Part shown: piece by piece, positions 55,163 through 64,000 of the stretch
Layout: every line of letters starts with the position of its first letter
Numbering within the stretch: the first letter of the stretch is position 1
Source of the DNA: an uncultured virus (IMG/VR IMGVR_UViG_3300023705_000157)
Lineage: Duplodnaviria; Heunggongvirae; Uroviricota; Caudoviricetes
Reading direction: 5' to 3' (one strand)
IMG/VR virus record: IMGVR_UViG_3300023705_000157
Length of the DNA: 64,000 nt
Position numbers and translations under genes: made by a program
Notes under the pieces: model-generated
The model's database searches: none
Told to the model about the DNA's origin: nothing
Seen by the model: only the letters and a program-made list of their open reading frames with translations

Positions 55163-58153
55163 ATGGCTACATCGTGGAACATTCCCGCGCTCGTTAACAA
55201 AATTGCGTCAGACATTCCCGGTCTGAACACCCTGCTGAAAGCCCTGCTCAAGTGGGACACCTCTGGCACAGCGAACATTCCCACCGGCGCGAAGCGCATG
55301 GCGAACGTGACCGGCGGCAAGCAGTTGCAGCAGTATGACGGGGCTTCATGGGGTAGCACAGGCAAGCTGATGCACGATGTGGACATGCTCGACGGCTTCC
55401 ATGCCAGTCAGAGCCAGACGGCGGGCACAATCCCTGTCAGAAATGCCAATGGCGCGGTTCCCGGCAACATCACGGGCAACGCCGCGACAGCCACGGAAGC
55501 GTCCGCTCTCGCCAATGATTACGTCGTCCCTGTTGCCAACGGCGGCACGGGGGCCAATACGGAGGCCGGGGCGCGTCAGGCGCTCGGTACGAATAATGCC
55601 GGCAACATTACCACGGGGGTTCTGGCGACGGCTAGAGGCGGTACTGGCAGGACAGATGGCATGGTTACTGATGTTATGCTGGCAGATTACAATGTCAGCG
55701 CAACTAGCGTTGGACAACTTGGCAAAGCCGCTCAGAAAAATGCTGTGGGTGCAGATACGCTGATTGTTCCGGGCATTTATTACTGTTCTGGTTGTACTGT
55801 CGAACTGAATTGGCCTACTTCTGGTTCTTATATACTTCATGTCAGACGGTATAATAATGTGGTACATCAGGTTGCTTACGGTATAGGCATCTCTCAATAT
55901 AAGAGAGTTTCTACCGATACTGGAGCATCATGGAGCAAATGGCATGGTGATTATTTTGGTGATGGAAATATAACAATCTATGTTGCAAAAAATGGTTCAG
56001 ATACAAATACTGGTATAACAGCAGATAGCCCGTTACTTACTGTTGAAAAAGCACTTCAACAGGCTTCTGCTATTGGCAATAGCGGAACTGTTATTTTCAG
56101 ATTTGGTGCGGGAGAATGGGGAACTGTTACCATCTCTGGTGATGGTATGACTTCGGGTTATGTTGCTGTGTTGCCGTTTACTGACGGTTATTCCGCGACA
56201 GACCCGGGCAATAGCAAGCCAAAATTCGATTCGTTATCGCTTACTAATGGACAGTTTCAGATAAGCAATATAGAAGTAAAATATCTCCACTCTCGTGATG
56301 CTTTTGTTTATGTGCGTTATTACAACAAAATATCAAGAGTAGGTTCCACCAGTGGCACATATATTAGGTTTGAAGGTGGAACCCTTGATGTTAAGGTAGA
56401 TTCTTCTATCTCTGTTGGTGGTGTTTTTTCGGTACAGGATGGTGGTCACATATATGTGAACGAACCAGTGGCTTTAGAAAGTGGCTTGACATATCCCTGT
56501 TTTGTAAACAGCGCACAATCCTCTGGTTTCTTCCACATTGGAAACAGTTTTTCATGCACTGGTACATATACAGGGATAAAATTCAATGTCAATGAATTTG
56601 CTCATTTGTCATTCTTTTATAGAGCTGCAAGCAATACCGTGAACAGCCTTCCCGGTACAGGCTCGACGATTTATGGTGGGGTGAGCTACAATGGAATACC
56701 TGCCAAGTCTACAGTTGCTACTAAATTAGAAACATCCCGCACAATAAGAACAAATCTTGCCAGCACGATAGCCACTAGCTTTGATGGTTCTGAAAATGTT
56801 ACGCCGGGTGTTGATGGTGTTCTTCCCATTGCTAATGGTGGCACTGGCAGTTCGACGAAGAATTTTGTTGATTTGGATTCAGCGCAAACAGTCGGTGGTG
56901 TTAAAACATTCACTAGCACGATTAAGGCATCTATAGCCACTACAAATAACAATGTCAGCTATTCTGAATGTAAAGATACAGCTTTAGATATAAGCACAGC
57001 CCCGTCCAATACAAGATATAGAGCTTTGGCTCAAGTTGTTGACATCAATAATAGACCGGCACACACACTACAAGGAAGTTCAGGCACAGATGGTAGTGTA
57101 TCAACTTATTTAACAGCTCGCCGCTGGCTCAACAATGCTCTTTCTATAGCGCAACTCACTGTTGGTGTGGATAACAATGGTTCTAAATGGGCATCTTGCC
57201 CGACCCCGCCAGCAAATGCAAACGATGGAAAAATAGCAACTACGGAGTGGGTTCGTACTGCTATGAACAATCAAAACTTAACTGGTAATATAACGACAAG
57301 TGGCCGTGTGACCGCGACCAGTGGTCTGAGCACAAGTGGCAACTTGGATATTACTGGTAATGTGGTAATCACGGCGGCATATAAAGGTATCATAACTAAA
57401 TCAACAAGAATACCAACGAAAGCCTCTGGCGACGCCCCTAGTGTAGATGCTTATGCCTATTTGTGGAAGTACGGCGGTTTGGATGTTGTCGAGGCTGATA
57501 ATTCAGGAACTTGTGTAGATATTTTAGGAGCAATGTTCCCAGATTTCTCTACACGAGGTATAATTCGAGTTTTCAATCGTTCTAATGGCGATTTTGCACA
57601 TTTGACAGTAATCAACGAATCAAACGAACACACAACTATTACAAACGCTCATCTTCACAGTGGCACATCAAATGTCTATTCTCTCGGTCGCCCAAGCAGA
57701 CTTTGGAGTGTTGTCTATGCGGCTAATGGTAGCATTCAAACATCTGATGAACGTAAGAAAGAAGAAATTGGCAGAATCCCAGACGAGGTTCTTGACGCTT
57801 GGGAAGATGTTAATTTCAGGCAATTCAAATACGATTGGGCAAAAGAGGAAAAAGGCGACAATGCCAGATTACATTCTGGTCTGATTGCTCAAGAAATAGA
57901 CAGAATTTTTACTGCCAAGGGCTTAGATGCCTCACAATATGGCCTCTATTGCTACGATAAATGGGATGCGAAAGATGCTGTAAAAGATGAAAACGGCACA
58001 GTCATAGAGGAGGCGTTAGAGGCAGGGGATGCGTATGCCATCCGATATGAAGAAGCTCTTTGCATGGAGGCCGCATATCAACGCCGTAGGGCCGACAGGC
58101 TAGAAGAACGTGTGGCTCGACTTGAGGAATTGGTTGCTAGACTGATGAAGTAA
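55163..58153 (+). CDS. Tail fibre with C-terminal intramolecular chaperone (peptidase S74)
   Basis: ANGGTG repeats; TSDERKK, HSGLIAQE, IRYEE and a terminal coiled coil. Confidence 0.92.
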   Translation: MATSWNIPALVNKIASDIPGLNTLLKALLKWDTSGTANIPTGAKRMANVTGGKQLQQYDGASWGSTGKLMHDVDMLDGFHASQSQTAGTIPVRNANGAVPGNITGNAATATEASALANDYVVPVANGGTGANTEAGARQALGTNNAGNITTGVLATARGGTGRTDGMVTDVMLADYNVSATSVGQLGKAAQKNAVGADTLIVPGIYYCSGCTVELNWPTSGSYILHVRRYNNVVHQVAYGIGISQYKRVSTDTGASWSKWHGDYFGDGNITIYVAKNGSDTNTGITADSPLLTVEKALQQASAIGNSGTVIFRFGAGEWGTVTISGDGMTSGYVAVLPFTDGYSATDPGNSKPKFDSLSLTNGQFQISNIEVKYLHSRDAFVYVRYYNKISRVGSTSGTYIRFEGGTLDVKVDSSISVGGVFSVQDGGHIYVNEPVALESGLTYPCFVNSAQSSGFFHIGNSFSCTGTYTGIKFNVNEFAHLSFFYRAASNTVNSLPGTGSTIYGGVSYNGIPAKSTVATKLETSRTIRTNLASTIATSFDGSENVTPGVDGVLPIANGGTGSSTKNFVDLDSAQTVGGVKTFTSTIKASIATTNNNVSYSECKDTALDISTAPSNTRYRALAQVVDINNRPAHTLQGSSGTDGSVSTYLTARRWLNNALSIAQLTVGVDNNGSKWASCPTPPANANDGKIATTEWVRTAMNNQNLTGNITTSGRVTATSGLSTSGNLDITGNVVITAAYKGIITKSTRIPTKASGDAPSVDAYAYLWKYGGLDVVEADNSGTCVDILGAMFPDFSTRGIIRVFNRSNGDFAHLTVINESNEHTTITNAHLHSGTSNVYSLGRPSRLWSVVYAANGSIQTSDERKKEEIGRIPDEVLDAWEDVNFRQFKYDWAKEEKGDNARLHSGLIAQEIDRIFTAKGLDASQYGLYCYDKWDAKDAVKDENGTVIEEALEAGDAYAIRYEEALCMEAAYQRRRADRLEERVARLEELVARLMK

Positions 58154-58164
58154 GGGGGTAAGTC

Positions 58165-58977
58165 ATGATTCATGCGCTCATCACAACGATATTTTGCTGT
58201 GTTGTCTGGTTGCTAAATCTTCCTTCGTTATTGTGTTTGTTACCAGCAGCATTTTATATCGGACGGGAGTTCGCGCAGGACATCCCGGCGGAGACAGGGC
58301 AGCACGTCGAGTTTTTTGACTGCTTGCTGGAAGATGGCGGGCGGCGCTTTCCGGAAGTGCAGGACGGCATGGAGTGCCTGTTGCATGACTGCCTGATTCG
58401 CAACTGGGGCGCGCCTGACAGGTTCACGGTGCGGAATTTCGGCGCGTGGGCGCATGCTGGCGGGAAAATCGACGCGGTGGGGTGTGTGTTCTGGCAGGAT
58501 GAGTTTTGGAGACCGTGGAAGCAATTCTGGGCCGATTTGATAGACCACATCGGACAGGCATGGAACGACGAAGGGATACGCGGGCTGCTGCGGCCCACGA
58601 CCTACCTTCCTGGCGTCTGCCGGGGCCTGCTGGCGACGGACGGCGTTTCCATCGGGCAGTCCGGCGGTGTCCTGTCTGTCCTCGATGTGCCTGTTGCAGG
58701 GAACACCACTGACCTTGCTTCCGGCCGTGGCCAGATAGGCAGAACTGCCATTCCGGTTGAACTGGCAGACCTCGACACCCTGATTGCGGACGGCTGGTAC
58801 GCCATTTCTGGCGAAACACTGAATCTGCCGGAAGGCGTGACCGAGGGGGTATGTCGGGCGTCTTCCGGCTTTACGTCCGGCACGGTTGTGCAGACCATGT
58901 TCACCTATGACGGCACCCCCCCGCGTCTATGTGCGCTCTACGACGGATGCCGGGCAGAGCTGGACATCGTGGGCTGA
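58165..58977 (+). pseudogene. Chimeric ORF: membrane-protein N-terminus + beta-helix fragment + tail-fibre-like fragment
   Basis: Abrupt GC shift near 58260; middle part aligns to 4906-5673. Confidence 0.55.
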
Positions 58978-59485
58978 ATGCCTGTTCCTCGGAGCTGTCG
59001 GGGAGGGGCTGCATTTCGAGAACGGCGCGCTCTCCCTCAATACCGAGGGCGGCGCGAGTCTCGTACCGGCCATCACAGAGGAAGACGAGGACAAGGTGCT
59101 GTCCGGGGCTGGCACATGGGTGGAACGGGCCACCCCGGAAGACGTGCAGCTCCTGACAGATTCGCTGAACAGGCTGGACGAAAGGGTGGCCGCGCTGGGT
59201 GTGGCGCTTGCCGAGGTGCGGGCCATTGCCGGAGCCGTCCCGGACGGTTCGACGATTGAGGTGGTGGACGGTGCGCTGTCTGTTCCTACGTACACCGGCG
59301 CGACTGATGAGGATGACGGCGCTGCTGGTCTGGTGCCCGCCGCTGAGACTGACGAACGGGCGTTATATCTCCGTGGTGACGGCACATGGAGCGACCCGGT
59401 GGCCGCCCTGCTTGAACGGATTGCTTCGCTGGAAACGGCGGTGGCAGCCCTGACTTCCCCGAACTCCGAGGAGGAACTGTTGTAA
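58886..59485 (+). pseudogene. Tail-fibre-like fragment, frameshifted relative to the upstream ORF
   Basis: YVRSTTDAGQSWTSW, GAAGLVPAA, YLRGDGTW; no good start codon. Confidence 0.55.
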
Positions 59486-59489
59486 TCTT

Positions 59490-59655
59490 TCTGTCCCTGA
59501 TGTTTCTGGCCGTTCCGGCCCGACGCAAGCTGCTGGCCCGTCTGCGCCAGAAGCTGCACCCCGGCGGGGCAATCATCGTGTTTGACAAGCTGGTGCCGCC
59601 CGGCGGTTATCCCGCTACGGTGTGGGCCCGCCTTACATGGGCATCCAAGCTGGAC
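59490..59655 (+). pseudogene. Fragment of a CmoA-like SAM methyltransferase
   Basis: LMFL...RRKLLARLRQKLHPGGAIIVFDK only; N- and C-terminal parts missing. Confidence 0.55.
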
Positions 59656-59704
59656 AACGGTGGGGGGATATGTGATCTTTCAAGGCGGGAATGAGGCGGG
59701 ACGG

Positions 59705-59772
59705 TTGCACATATTGCTGCACATACCGCGTGAAGGAGGATTGGGGCCTTTTTGCACATATTTTGGACATAT
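59705..59772 (+). repeat. Putative integrase arm-type sites, right arm
   Basis: TTGCACATAT, TGCACATAC, TTGCACATAT, TGGACATAT. Confidence 0.6.
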
Positions 59773-59823
59773 TACACGCAGAAAAGCCCAATCATTATAG
59801 CTGGTTGTATGCGGATTTACCCC

Positions 59824-59869
59824 CCTTACAAGGCGGGGGCCACAGGTTCAAGTCCTGTACTGCCCACCA
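59824..59869 (+). tRNA. 3' half of tRNA-Val(TAC) = attR core (not a full tRNA)
   Basis: CTTACAA anticodon loop, ACAGG-TTCAAGT-CCTGT T-arm, CCA end; no D-arm or 5' acceptor strand upstream. Confidence 0.85.
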
Positions 59870-59877
59870 AGGATTAC

Positions 59878-59910
59878 AAGGGGTTGCAAGCACTGCTTGC
59901 AACCCCTTTT
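59878..59910 (+). terminator. Hairpin after the tRNA fragment
   Basis: AAGGGGTTGCAAGC/GCTTGCAACCCCTT plus T-tract. Confidence 0.75.
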
Positions 59911-60448
59911 CTATTGTCCACGCACCATTCCCCACACCAATTCGGATAATTTGGGGTACCAATCTGCATACATCAAAGCGGTTGATGACAAGCAAGCAGA
60001 AATTCTTGCCGGACTTAATGGGAAGAAGTTGGCAATTATCATGTCTGGCCTTGGTGGTAATACTGGCTCCGGCATTACTCCATATGTTGCTGCACTTGCC
60101 AAAGAGCATGAAATATGCGTTGTTGTTATGGCATTAACACCATTTTCATTTGAAGGATCAACGAGAAATAAAATTTCAAATGAATCGTTGGATAAAATTT
60201 CTAATAATTCTGATTGCATATTTTGCATAAAAAATGACATCTTTCTTTCGGTTGCTCCCAAGGGGGCAACATTTTCAGAAATGATGCAGAAACCATATGA
60301 ATATATCAACAAGTATATAGATATAATCACAAGTATTGAAGTTGAAAAGTTGAGGGAAATCCTGAACAAAAATAGTTTGCCTACACATGTGGAATTTGAT
60401 AGCGAAACAGAATCAATATTGAAAAATTCAATTAGTTTGCCGGATTAG
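59897..60448 (+). pseudogene. 5'-truncated FtsZ/tubulin GTPase-domain gene
   Basis: GLGGNTGSG, TPFSFEG, IKND; lacks the N-terminal GxGGxG motif. Confidence 0.7.
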
Positions 60449-60522
60449 TGGTATTTTATCATTCTATTTTGTGTTATTGAAATAATTATATACATATATT
60501 ACGACCAAGAAAAACGAGATGA

Positions 60523-60560
60523 GAAAGGGCATTGTGCGGACATCCGCGCAATGCCCTTTC
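60523..60560. terminator. Bidirectional hairpin
   Basis: GAAAGGGCATTG...CAATGCCCTTTC between convergent genes. Confidence 0.7.
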
Positions 60561-60583
60561 ATTTTTGAGATAACAAACTGTCA

Positions 60584-60856
60584 TTATTTTCCAAAAATAT
60601 CTGCATGTGTACCTGTTCGCGTGAAAATACAGTCCATGCCGCTCAACTTGTACACCAGAAGCCAATCAGGCTCGATATGCAATTCACGGTACGGTTTCCA
60701 ATCGTTTTTCAGGGGATGATCTTTGTATTTGTCAGGAATTGGTGTCTCATCCAGAAGAATTGTAATGACAGCCTTGAGTTGATCCATAGCGTAGCCGCGT
60801 TGCTGCGCCTTTCTGACATCACGCTTGAACTGTGATGTATAGACGGGATTACGCAT
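60584..60856 (-). CDS. yafQ: YafQ-family mRNA interferase toxin
   Basis: TSQFKRD, YKDHPL, RELHIEPDWLLVY, RTGTHADIF. Confidence 0.93.
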   Translation of the reverse strand: MRNPVYTSQFKRDVRKAQQRGYAMDQLKAVITILLDETPIPDKYKDHPLKNDWKPYRELHIEPDWLLVYKLSGMDCIFTRTGTHADIFGK

Positions 60857-61117
60857 CTATATGCCCAACTGAGAAAAAAGGTCGTCCGCATCCTTGGCCC
60901 GGTGCAATTCCTCCCCCCGCTCGACCTGAGCCATTGTTTGCCGCGTCAACTCGTTGGGAATCTCATTGTCAAAAGGAAGGCGCTTTTCTAGGGCTATCCG
61001 TGTCAGCACCATACGGCAGGCGTCGGACACAGTGAGCCCCAGTGAAGCAAGGACATTGGCCGCCTCAGCCTTGATGGCCGGGTCTATCCGGGCGCGTACA
61101 TAATCATTGGCGGGCAT
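60857..61117 (-). CDS. dinJ: DinJ/RelB antitoxin
   Basis: VRARID..IKAEA..VL..LGLTVSDA, LPF, PN. Confidence 0.93.
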   Translation of the reverse strand: MPANDYVRARIDPAIKAEAANVLASLGLTVSDACRMVLTRIALEKRLPFDNEIPNELTRQTMAQVERGEELHRAKDADDLFSQLGI

Positions 61118-61285
61118 GGTGTGCCTCCATGTTTTTGTCAGTGTAGCCCAAATGGGCATCACACCACAAGGCCGGAACGGGCAGGAAGCGCCCCGAAAAA
61201 ATAACTTATAATTTCAAGATATTACAAAAAACAAAGGCGCTAATCTTCTCTAAGGGAAGGTTGCAGCCACAGTAAGGAGGAAACC

Positions 61286-61969
61286 ATGCAGGATACCTGT
61301 TCCAGCGACATTACCGAACTCGCCAAGGCATTGCTCAACGTCCAGCGGCAACTGCAACCAGCCATGAAAGATGCAAACAACCCCTTTACCAAGAGCAGCT
61401 ATGCCAGCCTGAAAAGCGTCATGGAGACGTGCCGCGATGCCCTGCTGGACAACGGCATCTGGCTCTGCCAGTACCCTGTGCCTGTGGAAACGCCGGGCTG
61501 CATCGGCCTTGCCACCAAGCTGACCCATGCGGAGTCGGGGCAATGGCAATCTTCTCTGGCTGTCGTACATCTTCCCAAGGCAGACCCGCAGGGCATGGGC
61601 AGCGCCATCACCTATGCCCGCAGGTACACGCTGACAGCCATGCTGGGCATGATCACCGAGGATGACGACGGTGAAGCCGCCAGAATTGACACGAAAGGCC
61701 GCACACGCGCCAGAAGGGCCGCAAATGCCCCTCAGACGAAAAATGCACAGGGCCGACCGGATTTCAAGGCCGCAAACAGCCAGTCAGCCTCGCTTCAAAA
61801 TCTGCCGCAGCTTGATGGCGTCAGCTACCAAATCGTCAAGGCACAGGGAGGACGTGAATGTATCGTCGCCACAGGAAATACCCAGAGCAAGCAGGAAATA
61901 CTCTCAGGAGCAGGATTCAGATGGAATGCTGAGCGTCAAATCTGGTGGAAGTATGCCAATGCTGTATAG
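61286..61969 (+). CDS. ERF-family ssDNA annealing protein
   Basis: NPFTKSSYASL, HAESGQW, QGMGSAITYARRY, EDDDG. Confidence 0.92.
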   Translation: MQDTCSSDITELAKALLNVQRQLQPAMKDANNPFTKSSYASLKSVMETCRDALLDNGIWLCQYPVPVETPGCIGLATKLTHAESGQWQSSLAVVHLPKADPQGMGSAITYARRYTLTAMLGMITEDDDGEAARIDTKGRTRARRAANAPQTKNAQGRPDFKAANSQSASLQNLPQLDGVSYQIVKAQGGRECIVATGNTQSKQEILSGAGFRWNAERQIWWKYANAV

Positions 61970-62053
61970 CCATTCCAGTAGGACTCTACTGGGTAGGGGA
62001 CTGTCTCAGGACAGTCCTCTTTCTGTTTGCGCCATATCTCAAGGAGATTTTTC

Positions 62054-62296
62054 ATGAATGCCATCATCCCCATCCGATTTTGCGGCATTGACTCCTTTGA
62101 CAGGGCTGTCTTTGCCACCCTCGACGACAAGACCTTCTACAAGACCGTGGAGCTGATGCCTCGTCCATCATGGGCAAGTCTGAGCAGGGAAGAAAGGGAC
62201 GACTTGCTGCTCACCCTGCATGACACAGACGGTTTTGACGGCGAACCCGGATGTCCTGTCCCGCCTGACCGTTTTGAAGTTTTGGAGTGCATGTGA
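62054..62296 (+). CDS. Hypothetical protein
   Basis: AAGGAG SD; DGEPGCP motif. Confidence 0.7.
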   Translation: MNAIIPIRFCGIDSFDRAVFATLDDKTFYKTVELMPRPSWASLSREERDDLLLTLHDTDGFDGEPGCPVPPDRFEVLECM

Positions 62297-63459
62297 TGGA
62301 TACGCAACGACGCGCAGACACCCTTTTGGAGGTACTACGCCAAGGGATTCAAATAACAGGAGAAAGGAAAGTACAGGCTATCCTTGGGAATCGTGACACC
62401 TACATCGGCATGAGCGACATCGGCAGGTATGCCGAATGCCCACGCGCTGCCTTGGCTGCAAAACTGCTCCCGCCTGACACCACCTTGGAACGACTGCTGC
62501 CCCTGCAACGCGGGCATTGGTTTGAGGATGGCGTGGGACAGTGCCTTATGGGGCTGGGCCTGCATGTGCTGCCGCAACTGGAAATCAGGCACACATTTCA
62601 GGGAACGCCCATCAAGGCGCATCTGGACTTCACCCTAGTCTGGACGCACCCCAAGCCTGCCGTCCGTATCCTTGAAATCAAGAGCATGGCGCAGATTCCC
62701 GACAGGCCGTATGACGCCCATGCGCTTCAGGCGCAGGGGCAGACGGCATTGCTCTGCGAGTCGTGGGACAAGCCGGTTTTCACGTATCGAAACGAAAACG
62801 GCACGAAAATGCACGAAAACGTCACATTCCCGCAACTGTGCCGAAAGCGTTTCGGCATGGAACTGCCGACCAGCCCCCAAGGGGTGTCCGTGGAGGGATG
62901 GCTGCTCTGCCTCTCCATGAGAGACGCACAGGCTTTTGGCCCCTATGCCTTTGACCGGGATGCGCTGGACCGTGTGCAGTGGACTGCCCGTGACTTCTGG
63001 GAGGACATGCAGGCCATACGGGCAAACGCGCTTGCCTTGGATGCCGTACCCTATGCGCAGGGCTATCACCCTCTCTGCGCCTGCTGTCGTGTCAATGCCG
63101 ATTGTCCAAAATTCCCGCAAGGCGATTTCCAACCGCAATGGGAACCTGCCATTGCCAAACTGGATGCCCTCAAGCAGCGTCGTTCAGCCTTGGATGCGGA
63201 AATCAAGGAAGTGGAACTGGCCCTCAAGCAGGCCCACAGCCTCTCAGGGACACATGACTGGATCAGCACAGGACAGCACCGTTTCCGCATGTCCGTCACC
63301 AATGGACGGCGGATTCTGGATGAAGCCGCCCTCAAGGAGGAAATGGACGAAATCTGTGCGGTGGAACACATTGACCCGATTGACATCATCGCCATGCTGC
63401 GCAGCCATGAACGTGAAGGCATGCCGTCAGCAAGGCTTACAGTGGCACATCTCAACTGA
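62296..63459 (+). CDS. PD-(D/E)xK (Cas4/YqaJ-like) exonuclease
   Basis: YIGMSD..CPR, GHWFE, HLDF, EIKS, C-terminal Cys cluster. Confidence 0.75.
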   Translation: MDTQRRADTLLEVLRQGIQITGERKVQAILGNRDTYIGMSDIGRYAECPRAALAAKLLPPDTTLERLLPLQRGHWFEDGVGQCLMGLGLHVLPQLEIRHTFQGTPIKAHLDFTLVWTHPKPAVRILEIKSMAQIPDRPYDAHALQAQGQTALLCESWDKPVFTYRNENGTKMHENVTFPQLCRKRFGMELPTSPQGVSVEGWLLCLSMRDAQAFGPYAFDRDALDRVQWTARDFWEDMQAIRANALALDAVPYAQGYHPLCACCRVNADCPKFPQGDFQPQWEPAIAKLDALKQRRSALDAEIKEVELALKQAHSLSGTHDWISTGQHRFRMSVTNGRRILDEAALKEEMDEICAVEHIDPIDIIAMLRSHEREGMPSARLTVAHLN

Positions 63460-63476
63460 CAAAAGGGGAAATCATC

Positions 63477-63860
63477 ATGGGGTACCGTTCTGATGTTGGA
63501 CTGGCACTGACCAAGAAAGGCGTAGAAACTCTCAATGCAAAATTGGCTGAGGAGAGTGTCAGTGAAGACTTGCGGGAAAGTGTCAAGAGGCTCTTGTCCC
63601 ATACCGACGAGCATTACTCGGATGCCGTCAGCGGCGCTGAAGTCTGGTATTGGGAAAGGATCAAATGGTACGATTGCTATCCATTTGGCTACCAGAACAT
63701 TTGCTTCATTATGGATGCTGTAAGAGAATTGGATGATGAAGACTATCGTTTTATCCGCATTGGTGAAAAATACGATGACACTGAAGTGTCTGGCGGGTTC
63801 TGGGAAAATCCCTTTGACTTTGAACTTACAAGGGGGATGACGCTTTCTGCGCCTGCATAG
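63477..63860 (+). CDS. Hypothetical phage-type protein
   Basis: MGYRSDV...IKWY...FIRIGE..DD family motif. Confidence 0.8.
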   Translation: MGYRSDVGLALTKKGVETLNAKLAEESVSEDLRESVKRLLSHTDEHYSDAVSGAEVWYWERIKWYDCYPFGYQNICFIMDAVRELDDEDYRFIRIGEKYDDTEVSGGFWENPFDFELTRGMTLSAPA

Positions 63861-64000
63861 CTCTATTCTGGTGGATACTGCTGCGCAGCGTGAAGAATAC
63901 TGAGGATTTGGATGCTGTCACCTGCAATTCGATACACAACAATATAATTGGGATGCGCGATAAGCTCCCTTGTCTTGGCAACCCTGCCTAATCTTCCTTT

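Larger units (their letters stand above)
1..59869. mobile_element. Lambdoid siphovirus-type prophage integrated at tRNA-Val (attL expected just left of the window)
   Basis: Integrase at the left end, a full ordered set of immunity, replication, lysis, head and tail modules, a tRNA-Val 3' half at 59824-59869, and shared TTGCACATA repeats at both ends. Confidence 0.95.

Noticed and set aside
55163..59485. Diversity-generating retroelement or invertible tail-fibre cassette
   Set aside because: No reverse transcriptase, serine invertase, TR/VR pair or flanking inverted repeats seen by eye.
59795..59869. Complete tRNA-Val gene
   Set aside because: The 5' acceptor strand and D-arm are absent; this is an att duplication.
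62296..63459. Cas4 as part of a CRISPR system linked to the arrays
   Set aside because: It lies outside attR beside an ERF gene and is better explained as a recombination exonuclease of another element.

Overview
Positions 1 to ~59,870 are an almost complete lambdoid (siphovirus-type) prophage. The host is GC-rich and is probably a Desulfovibrionaceae member; that assignment is an impression from gene content, not proven. A tyrosine integrase sits at the left end. The right end has a 3' tRNA-Val(TAC) duplication (attR), and matching TTGCACATA arm-type repeats occur at both ends. Gene order is: integrase/xis; leftward early accessory genes (two Lar-like, two Ead/Ea22-like, an ATP-grasp enzyme, and a BRO antirepressor under a c4-type antisense RNA); a recombination block (UvrD, split Rad50/SMC-like ATPase, putative SSAP); a CI/Cro/CII switch; three methyltransferases; replication genes; ArdC; lysis; a PP-loop/ParB cassette; packaging, head and tail genes; and a decayed mosaic right end. 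Beyond attR is a second accessory island (FtsZ-like fragment, DinJ-YafQ, ERF, exonuclease). The most striking unexplained structure is a pair of intergenic GGY-NN pentamer arrays (11.8-12.0 kb and 14.4-14.6 kb). They are punctuated by related 7-nt linkers, one ends in an intrinsic terminator, and they look like guide-RNA arrays with no recognisable effector gene in the window. All product calls come from motif recognition by eye; no database searches were run.
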